From Chrysomallon squamiferum (Eukaryota > Animalia > Mollusca): a stretch of DNA of 64,000 nucleotides. Below are positions 53,811 through 64,000 of the stretch, in pieces. The stretch spans positions 7,564,001 to 7,628,000 of the forward strand of contig CM022672.1 in NCBI GenBank assembly GCA_012295275.1, written 5' to 3'. Within the stretch, counting starts at the first letter, position 1, and each line of letters begins with the position of its first letter. The notes below the pieces were generated by a model. It was given only the letters and a program-made list of their open reading frames with translations. It searched no databases and had not been told where the DNA came from. Made by a program: the position numbers and the translations under genes.

Positions 53811-56459
53811 ACCTGCTATTAATATAAAATAATTACAAATATATCCAGGGGTCCAGTTTTGTATTAGCATCAAAATATATTTTATGCCATTTCTTTTTTC
53901 TTTATTTTCCTTTTCTCTCCAATTAGCTTTCTGTTCCTTCATTTTTTTCCAAAGCTTTTCTTTGATTTTTAAAAAATATTTTTTGGTATGATGTTTTCTT
54001 CTTTTCCATCCAATTCTTTTTATCTGTTTTTTATTACATTAAAAAAATCCCTCTTCAGAGATTTTGTATTCTGGCATTTCCAAGCTTCAAGTTTCTCTTC
54101 CAGACAATTTTTATCTCTGCTGCTCTTAATCTTTCATTTTTGAATGTAGTGTGCTTTTGCTTAGACATACGTAATTAGGACAGTTATTTGATAAATATGT
54201 TTTTAATAATGACTATGTGTAGAGGTGAGCTATAGTTAAACACTTGTCATTTTTAGGAAAAGAAATAAAGAACAGGGACACTGAAGTTTAAACAGAGAAT
54301 GTTCTTCTCTTTGTGAAGAAAATGGGCTTTTTTCTGGGGGTTTTGTTCTTTTTTTATGTCACATCTGAAAGTTTCTTTATTTTTCACTGTTCTTTGGTAA
54401 GAAATATAAATCAAATTCTGTAGTAATGAAACATCAGGGCAAAGAAAGTAAGAAAGATTATTATATGTAAACTGTGTGCAAAGATCAGTTGAGATGAAAT
54501 GTGTTACACAAAACAGTAGTCTTGGAGATGTTGCATAATCAACTCTGAAATGCATGTTAGCAAAAAATAAAAATAAAATACAAAATAATAAAAATTTTAT
54601 AAAAAAAATTTTAAACCCTCTTTTTCTCTCTCAGTACAATGCAGGTGAAACCAAAAACAGATGAGAAACTAGCAGACAAAACTGAAATACAGCTTAAAGT
54701 ACATCAAATCAGAATCTGGCATAGCAAACAACTGTGTATTCAAAATTGGCTTCTTTATTTTTTATTTTTGGCAGCATTGATTTCAAAAGTTTACTGAAGT
54801 CCATACAATAACAAAAATAAAAATAAAATAAAAATTTAGAAAAGTAAAATGTTTCACATTACTTCCATAGTTAAAAAGGAAAAAACATTTTTCTTACTAC
54901 CTTCTAAATCTTAGAAATTTACATAGCAAAAGTCATAGTGTAATGCTGTTTTTGAATATTCTTATTTCCACATCAAAATAAATTAAAATGAAACATGTCA
55001 GAAAGATCTACAAACAATGTTTGTTCAAAACAGGTAAACAAAACAACAAGTTTCATTCAACAAATATTTCATCAGTTAAACTGAAGTAAAATCAATAAAA
55101 CATTTTAGTTTTAACATGAACTCATACTGCATGGGGATAAAACAGGGATTATGGGTTCACCATTTAAGTATAAATATATGTATAATTTCTGAATAGTGAC
55201 TACATAATCTTTCACTGTATGTTAGTGCTGATACCACAGACTCAGCAAATATTCCTACAGTATTTAGTAATAGATGATTACTCTATAATACTCAAGTAAT
55301 CAGTTCTGAAATATGTTTACTCTCGCCTATTCATATTGCCCTGTCTTATCAGATTACAATGATATACAAACAATAATTAAATACAGTAAGGCACATAATG
55401 GATACTGCAATCTTACAAAAATAGGTTCACAAATAATTAAAAGAAAATCTAACAATATGTTTAAATAACTGGAAGCAAACTTTTTTCTATATGTTTGTCA
55501 AATAAAAGATTAAACTGAAACACTTAGTTTACTTGTAACATCCAGCACCATTCTTGGTGGAGTTTTTTAATTTTCATTATGATTTTATTCAGAGTGGTCG
55601 GGTTCTCATTATTTTTTCATGTAGGCCAGTACTGGAGAGATGTCTAAAACATCTATTATTTATTGTTCAGAGGTGTTTAGCATAAATGTGCACCAATCAT
55701 TACTCTACTTTTATAACTTAATAATTTGGTTGTGCACTACAAGTAAAATTGAAGCTGTGCAAATGATGAAATATACAATATGGATGACATTACCACTTTT
55801 CAGTTAATTATTCTTCATAAATTCATGTTCCGTTTCAGATCTTTGTCTTCTTTTAAGCAAAACTTTACTTGTCAAGTATGTTTATTTGTAAAGATATTTG
55901 TTAAATTTCTATATGTAAAATGTGGCATCATAAATATATTTTTCAATTTATGAAAAGGATTCATTCCAAGTTACTATATTATTTAACTGTAGGCAATAAT
56001 TTATTATTTTTGTTAAATGTGTTTGTATGTTCTACAGCAAACAAAATAAGGAAATGGCCAGAAAATAATAAAAAGCAAACAAAATAACAGAAACTCTAGT
56101 TTCTTTAAAGTTAATCTGAATGATTTATTGCTATACAAAGTATATAATTAAAAAATTAAGAGGGATAAAACTTCAGCAAGAACAATATTGTTGGATTATC
56201 ACAACCATTTGGAATGGGTTTTTTGTTTGTATGTTGTGGAAGGTGATGTTTTTAAACACTGGGGAAGTTTCACATAGGATTCAGAACTGCCAGATATTTC
56301 AGTTTGCAGATAGTTATACAGAAATTATCTTTTAATAAAATATGTTAACAGTCATTCATTCACTCAGTTCTTGTACAGATTAGAAATATTTTTATAATTT
56401 TTATAATATTTATTTGCTTTGATGATTGTGAAAAATTATTAGTAAATTTTAAATCTTAA

Positions 56460-57097
56460 ATATACCATTAATCCATTCCAGCCCCTGGAAAACCACCCCA
56501 TTTTTTGTAACATGTTCTTAAATAAGAAAAATGTATTTATAAATGACAATTATTGTATAAAAAAAAAAATAAAAAGAATGTAAATAAATAAATTGGTTTT
56601 GTAAAGTGTATTCATCTTGGAGATTAGACAAATATTTTAATGCCTTTGGCTGGAGTTTTAGCCTTTATCAACTCCTGCTTCAGTATGGTACAATTCAGAG
56701 AAGTATTACATTTCTACTGCCTAGCCAAGTCGACTACATGCACACCTCACTTATGTTTTTCTATGATTTCATGCTTTATTTCAATGGATATCATCCATTT
56801 CTCAACACTGTCCTTTGCACTCACTTTCTTATGATCCATGGTTAGAAAAAAGAAATTTGGCAAAATACTGCACAAAAGGCGAGCACAACACAACAGAGAT
56901 GCTTCAACGGTGATAAACACATGATGTAAACGAGTGATATGCAGGATGCTGGGCAGTTGCTGTGTTGTTTGTTGTGCCAACTAGCAGCAGCATATCTTAA
57001 GCTTGGTCATCTCTTGGATTTTGGCTGCAACTCAAAGCAAAAAATCAACTGGGCGAATGTTTGTAACTCAGAAAACTTGTAAGTTGAAGTACCATTG
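56460..57097. mobile_element. Second, 5'-truncated and diverged copy of the same pogo/Tigger-like element
   Basis: It shares blocks with 1910-2509 (ataccattaatcc, ctgtcctttgcactcactttctta, gcaactcaaagcaaaaaat) and ends gtaccattg|ta. Confidence 0.7.
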
Positions 57098-57901
57098 TAT
57101 GTGGAAAAGGAAGTGCAAGTGGACTGAACAAAAATTTACGTATCACTGAGTATGTATGGTAATTAAAATCCAGTGAAATAATTCATATCTGAAACTGTTA
57201 AACATTGAACAAAATATATTTAATTTGATTGCACACCCACTTACCATTAAAATTCTAGCCAGTATCATATATTTATTGTCTTTAAATATGATTATTCAGC
57301 TGAACACTACAAAAATTCCTTTATTCATGACTCTCATCTCTACCATTTCATTTTCAACAATCAAGACATTTTTTCAAATACAAGAACATCTCAACATTTT
57401 TTGCACTGAATCAGTCAGGTAGGTAAGTGAAATATTTACATGCTAATGCATATATGTTGCAGTCACTCTTTTTGACTAAAGCCACAGTGTGAGCCTGTGT
57501 CAGAAAAAGGTAGAAGATGAAGACAGGTAATACATAATCTCATCAGATGATCTTTTACACTTTGAATTTACAGTTTTATTTCTTCTTACATCTGTATTAA
57601 AACAAAATATGTTATCTACAGATTTCTTCAAAGAAAAAAAGTTTGGTTTGTGGACTTCCAATGATCTCTTCACGCTGTGAAGAGAGAATGAATTTTGAAA
57701 TAGCAAGGTCAGTGATAGATGTGGGAAGTAAGTTCACTGTGCTACAAGATAAATAAAGTGAACGATGAGTAAGAATGTAAATGCCTGTAAGAAAATGCTG
57801 TTTACCACTTTCACAATCATGATTATAGTATCTGGCAGCTCTGAACATCACCAGTGACACTATTTTCTATGAAGTCAAGAATCTTTAAAACTAAAAATTA
57901 C

Positions 57902-58290
57902 CTTTAATTCTATGCTGCCACTGTTTTCTTCTCCTTCATGTCTCTGGCCATCAGAAAAAGAAGTATTCAGATGACTCTCCACATTAGCACCAGATGTGTT
58001 CAATGCTGAACAGCTTGTTACAGTAACATTTCCAGTACCATTATCTGGTCCGTCTATAAACATAATGTCATCATCCTCATCATTATCTTCTTCTTTTATA
58101 CTCAAGGGAAGGCGAATTGTTTCTGAATGTGAGCCTTCTGACTCTGTGATACAAGAATTGTTTGAACTTTGTGCATTAGTCTGCACAACATTGGTGCTAA
58201 TGTTGCTAACTGGAGTGAACTCTGAATTTTCCAAATTGGACACACTGGTTGCTGCAGCATATAACACATCAAGATCATTTGCTGTTTTCT
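57902..58290 (-). CDS. Gene B common coding exon 2: acidic linker (SIKEEDNDEDDDIMFID), ending ELK at a phase-0 donor
   Basis: The acceptor ttttaactatag|AG completes GAG. Length 389 nt. The donor is AAG|gtaatt. Confidence 0.8.
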
Positions 58291-58863
58291 CTATAGTTAA
58301 AAACAAAAAGAATAATTGCAATTTAAAATAATTTTTAAATTTATCATTGTGAAGTCATGAAGAAATTACAAGCTCACAACCAGTGACATTTATTCTTAAT
58401 CCCAATTTAAAAAAGAAGCACATAATTACTGAACACATAAAGCAAGGAACTCAACCAAACAATGATCAAATTAAGAAATATTATATAATGAATTATGATT
58501 TGTATTGTTTACTGTGTACATTGTTTGGTTTGGTTTATCTGTATCATATATTTCTATAAACATCATCACTAAAAGTTTGTTAATCGAGATGAAGAACTTT
58601 TGTACTTAAATATACAAACAAAAATAGATGTAAATTTATGAGAATAGTATGCTAACTGAATTATTATTGTGTATTAATATAATTCTGTTACATAACAGAT
58701 TCTTAAAAAAATAAAAATATAAGCATTATTTTATTTTAAAAAATATGGCACTAATCTATTAAATATCAAAAGGCACTATCAGTGGTTTTAATTAGAAGAA
58801 AATAACGTTCCTTTTGATGTAACAATATCAGAATTTTATTTGCTTAATTTTTTTTATAATTAC

Positions 58864-59482
58864 CTTTAATCTGATCTGAATCTGTCACATCATCCTTCAC
58901 ATAATTTGAAACTAAAGATTCATTTCCTAATGCTGAAAAATGTTCAGATGTTGAAAGAACGGATTCTTCTGTTGTACTGTATGTCATTGTCATGGTTGGT
59001 CGAGCCTGGATCTCGTACGGTTGAGCATTTTTAGTAAGTGAAGCTTGAGTAAATGAAGAAGGAATTACCCTCTTGTTCTGAATCAAGTTCCTTTTCCTTC
59101 CAGGAGGTGAAAGATAATGTCGCTGAGGACCAAACCGACGCCGTATACCTATATGAGATGAAATGTCCTGAGAGGGTGGACTGGGAATATTTCTGTCAAA
59201 GTTATTACTGCTTTCTTTAAGGACACTTTCAATAGTTGGTGATTTTCTAGGGTTTCTCTGCACAGTTTTAAAAGCTTTAGTACAATAACTCTCACTAATG
59301 ACATCACCCATACTGGTGATCATCTCACTGAGCACATATCTCTCTTTCTTAAAATTGTCTATCTCCAGGTTGAGGTAGCCACTCAGCTCAATTGCCTGGT
59401 CGAATTCAAGAAACTCTCGACAACATTTCTGTATTGACTCCACTAATGACGTGAAAAACTGCACAGAGTATTGTTTTTCCAT
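58864..59482 (-). CDS. Gene B common coding exon 1: conserved unassigned N-terminal domain (MEKQYSVQFF...ESYCTKAFKTV) plus linker
   Basis: The exon begins at 59512 after tttttcag. An in-frame TAA upstream fixes ATG 59482 as the start. The donor is phase 1 (AAA G|gtaat). Confidence 0.82.
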
Positions 59483-60070
59483 TTTATTTTTTTACTGTGC
59501 TGATTGTGGTAACTGAAAAAAGAAAATTTAATTATGTGTATCTTGATGGTTACAAAATGGCTAAATTCCAATACATTCAATTTTTTTATGCCTAAAATAT
59601 GCTTTCAAATTATGTTCCCAACTTCATTTCACAACACTAAAATGACTGCAACTAAAACTACTTAGTAACAAATACAATCTTATGCCTCTACAGTTAATCA
59701 AGATATTACTGAAATGTAAATAATTTTAGAAAATCTGAAGTCTAATTTTTTTTTTTTTAAATAAAAAATCAACACATTACTGTTAACAGCTGTTGTATCT
59801 AGACAGTTCTGAACTGCAATTGGCATGTACAGCCCACCTAATTTAACTTACAATCAAACATTTTGTTTTCCATCTAATGTTTTAAATATTATTTTGGGTT
59901 ATATATAAACAAATCCAATTTTATATTTGCCTGTATTCTGTCAAATGAATGGTACATGTATAGTGATATCTGGGTCTAAGCCATTTTATATCTGTGAACA
60001 TGTAAAAGGGCAAAAACTATCTACCAATAAATCTGTCAAATTATTTGAATTATATATATATATATATATA

Positions 60071-60222
60071 TATATCATTTAAGATTCCAGGATAAAACAA
60101 ATAACTGGTTACTTTCTTATGAAATCAGTTTAATCCCACTCAGTTTGCTATTTTAACCTTCACAGGATAAAGCTGATATCTAAGACAGTAACCAGTTTTA
60201 TCCTGGAATCTTAAATGATATA
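60071..60222. repeat. Short foldback / MITE-like inverted repeat
   Basis: The arm tatatcatttaagattccaggataaaac...actggttact is mirrored by agtaaccagttttatcctggaatcttaaatgatata. Confidence 0.7.
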
Positions 60223-61259
60223 AAAACCAAATAAAATTAAAATTCTATTATATTTCTAACTAACCACTCTTGCGAGTAGTTGATTCATACATAATGACTT
60301 TAATCAAAACAAAATAGTTCTCCAATAATAATAAAAACAATTTATTTGTAATTTTTTAAATCAAAACTATTTAAAAATATGGTCTTTTAAGATCTAAACT
60401 TGCAATTAAAAACTAAAAAAGTAAATCTCTCTCTCTCTATATATGTATATTACATATTTTATAAGTATAATCAAATAACTTTCAAGTAGTTAAAGCTTCA
60501 AAATCTCAAAATTTATACTTATGTGTATGTGTGTGTATATATATATATATGTAAATAAAAAAAAAAAAAAAAAAAAAAGAAGAAAGAAAGGAAAAGGTGG
60601 TGTTGGTAGCGCTGACTGGTATTTAAGGTAACAGTTTTGAATAATGACATCATAAAACTATTGCACCTTCAGAAGAATTCTCAATCTTAATGAATGTCCA
60701 TTGTGTTTGATATTTATCTTTAACCCATGAAAATAAAAATGTCTCCACATTTTTACAGTGATCTAAACCGATTTTCTGATTCTGTTTCATTACTTATACA
60801 TATAAATCCATTTTATTGGAAAAAATAATTCTCTATATACTTAAAGCCGAAAAGTTAATTAAAAATGGGTTAGTTTCAACTTTCAGAAATTCCATACACT
60901 GATACAGTGATACATACATCTAAAAAGGTTCAGTTAAAATTCGTCGGCTAACACTTTTTATTTGATAATTATTTTATTTCGTTAGCTACTATATATTAAA
61001 ATATTTAATTGTGGCTGAAATCCTGTGGGTCAAACTTACAGAGAGCAGTATTTTTCTGGGTCGGAATTGATCGAAAAATAATTATGAATTTATACGACTA
61101 TATATCAGGGTTAGGGCGTATTAAAAAAATTATTATAATAATTTATTTTGACATTAAAAGAAAAAAGAGACACAAAATCAACAAAATACAGACGCATAAC
61201 TATAAATTAGAGTCTAAAATCAGATGAACATTTTAAAAAGATAGTAAATAAGTAATAGT

Positions 61260-61620
61260 ATAATACCTGTTGACAAACGAGAAATACTCAAAAAGCATAC
61301 GTCATATAATGTACTTATATTTTAAGCATAATGAAAGTAGGCTTGCCTTTTTAAAACTAACATTTATGTGACTTATCAAAGTTAAAAAGGTAACAGCGAT
61401 ACGTACACAGGATGATCGAGAATCAATAAAAACTGTTACATCGTCTACAAATTTACAACCATTTGTCTTTTTCCCATTTTTACGAAATCGACTGGTTATC
61501 GGATTCGATGCGCTTTTTCTGACACGTTCCTTTCGATTATTGGCGTAACTTTTGAGCAGGTGAACACACGCTTCATCGTGTCTGATGTAAACTGTGTGAT
61601 GTGACATGATTAATAATAAT
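61260..61620 (-). promoter_or_regulatory. Candidate promoter / non-coding first exon of gene B
   Basis: CpG-rich patch upstream of the 59512 acceptor, with a possible donor (CAACAG|gtatta) near 61267 and an ATTGG near 61538. Confidence 0.35.
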
Positions 61621-61724
61621 AATAACGTTTACGTTTTTGAAATTATTATTTGAACAGACTGATAATTTAATTATATTATCGGTTTTATCTCTACTACCGC
61701 ATTAAACTGTTGCTTTATTATAAT

Positions 61725-61756
<32 letters not shown>

Positions 61757-62504
61757 GTAGGGTCACAAAAGTTCTGCTAATTACACAATTTGAGCCTACA
61801 GACTGATAAATCATTATCTTAGATAAAAATAAATATTATTTGGCCTGGTAATAAAAGCAACTTCATTAGGCAGGGCAGTAATCAAGATGTTTTAGATAAA
61901 AGTTCCCCGACCTCAGACTAAATCTATAGAGAAAACGATTGTGTATTCATATTAAAGTTTGAGTACTGAATTCACATTTATCTAGAGCAGCGTATATATA
62001 TTATCCACTATCCAGGGTAAAGTTTCTAGCTATAATAAATGGTGTGTAGCAGAAGTTATATTATTTATTTATTTATTTATTTTTACACTCAAAAACGGGC
62101 AATTGCAGCCCACCAGGCACTTTTAAGAAGTTCTTGAAATTATATTTCAGATTTGTTATTATCCTCCTAACAAAATAATTTTCTAGTTTTCTGGAAACAA
62201 ATATTCACTTATAAAATAACATCATTAAAATATGCAATATACACAAAAAAAAAATAAATAAATAAATAAATAAATTTAATAAACCCAGAAAGCAACAACA
62301 ACGCCCCCAATACCCCCAAAAAGACAACTTTTAATAATGACTCGGGGAAAACCGGCAGACATTTAGTGACTGCTCTGCGAAGTAGAATCTTGATCCGACC
62401 TTTTATAACAAAATACCCACCGTTTGATGTTTTACAGAAGCAGTTAATGAAAGCGTGGACGTTATTCAAAGTAAATTGCAGCATGAGCCTCAGGCTTACA
62501 GTCT

Positions 62505-62515
62505 ATTTATTTATT

Positions 62516-62577
<62 letters not shown>

Positions 62578-62932
62578 TTTGAATTTCGCTGTTTGGTCAC
62601 ATGGTCTTGTGGGAGTCATGAAAAATGGAATGATCACAAAAAAAGACAAAACAAAAAACAAAACAAGAAAAAAATAACCCCCAAAAAACACCACAAAAAC
62701 AAAACGAAGTTGTTATCGTTTCTCTATTACATCTTTAGAGAATTAAGTCCCAAATATATAGTTAAAGTATTCAATAAATCCTACAATCCTGTAAACAATT
62801 AAAGAAAGTAGTAGTAATAGTAATAATAATAATAATAATAATGAAAAATGTTAAAGAAATCTTCAAAATCACAGACACATTTTACTAACGTAAGTTAGGA
62901 CAAACTATGTAAAAACTGTCTCATATTTAATG

Positions 62933-63031
<99 letters not shown>

Positions 63032-63141
63032 TTGCATATCTATGTTTATATTCTTTAGAATTTTCTTTTCTTTGTTTGTTTATGCATGTAGGCCAAATGT
63101 CATTATCACTATTTCATAAAATAAATAAATAAATAAATACA

Positions 63142-63190
<49 letters not shown>

Positions 63191-63195
63191 TAAAA

Positions 63196-63230
<35 letters not shown>

Positions 63231-63235
63231 AAATG
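62505..63235. repeat. Cluster of simple repeats: (ATTT)n, (ATT)n, compound (TG)n(AG)n at 62935-63024, (AAAT)n
   Basis: Direct reading. Confidence 0.9.
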
Positions 63236-64000
63236 GCTGTTGTTGTTGTTATATATGTGCTGATGAAACTGGTAATTTTAAAAGTGTTTTTTTGTCAGTT
63301 TTAGTAAGTAAGACGTGATCAAAGTGAGATGCTCTACCTCTCTTCAACTCTGGATGCGCCCTGAAATGTTTCAATTACTAACCTACAAAACTGATCTAGC
63401 TCGCGCTATCAGATCTGAATAAATCACGTTCGCCAACACTTTAAAAATTTGTTATCAAAATTATTGTTAGTCCTGCCATTTATTTCAGCAGTTTTTGTAA
63501 CTAATGTGACGTAGTCTGTCTGGTTTTATTGAACTAGACGTCGTAAACAGTCTAAAACACAACACTCCTATATTTGAAGTCACTAGCTATTACACATTTA
63601 CGGAACTATTTATAAATTTGTTGCTGGGTGTATCCAGTACTGCCAAAGGTTAATCGTCCAATCAAATTTAGTGTTACACTGATCCACTGGCAGTGATAAG
63701 AGAAAACACGCATGAATTAACCAAAATGCATTTAACTTTATTAATCGGATACATTTTAGTTTATTTTAAATAATTAATTAATTTATTCATTTAATTTTTT
63801 CGTGAATTTTTAGAAGTCTTCAAGCCCTTATTTTTGTGATACATGCACGACATAACAACATCCAATTTTAATTTATTTTTTTTTTTTTTTTGATTTTCCA
63901 TGTTACCTAATCATAATTTGCTTTTCATGTTTAGTTTTTAAACATATATTTTGATATATTTCTTTCACTGTTTGTTTTTTTCATTTTTAAATTACTATTG

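Noticed and set aside
57500-57860. Minus-strand ORFs just after the gene B donor as additional cassettes
   Set aside because: The candidate acceptor (aatacag near 57591) gives ATG TAA in phase 0. The longer ORF is in another phase and has no recognisable motif.
62366-63132. ORFs with poly-I, poly-Y, CV or ER runs (also 16730-16995, 3604-3891, 8420-8635)
   Set aside because: They are translations of microsatellites or low-complexity AT-rich DNA.

Overview
This is AT-rich, intron-rich animal genomic DNA, probably molluscan or other lophotrochozoan (inferred from composition and gene style). From left to right it holds: (1) two intact tandem 7-exon paralogs of ADP-ribosylhydrolase ARH3 (ADPRS/ADPRHL2) on +, made by a ~5-6 kb duplication whose breakpoint lies in the neighbouring 3' UTR; (2) a convergent multi-exon PTCD3 (mitoribosomal mS39) gene on -; (3) two paralogous minus-strand genes, A (~27.4-31.1 kb) and B (~39-59.5 kb). 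A and B share a ~75-aa N-terminal domain I cannot assign (M[DE]KQYSV.FF....Q..CR..L.F.Q..ELSGYL.LEIDN.KKERYVLSE...). Each has two common coding exons ending in a phase-0 donor, followed by an array of self-terminating exons that all begin at a phase-0 acceptor. B has seven such exons, each with a different 2-3 finger C2H2 set. A has two, one C2H2 and one basic helix. This looks like a lola/mod(mdg4)-style system of a constant N-terminus with swappable DNA-binding C-termini, built on an apparently non-BTB domain, and it is the main candidate for a novel system. Also present are several hAT and Tc1/mariner-type MITEs, a hAT transposase fragment, a near-perfect 1469-bp tandem duplication and many microsatellites.
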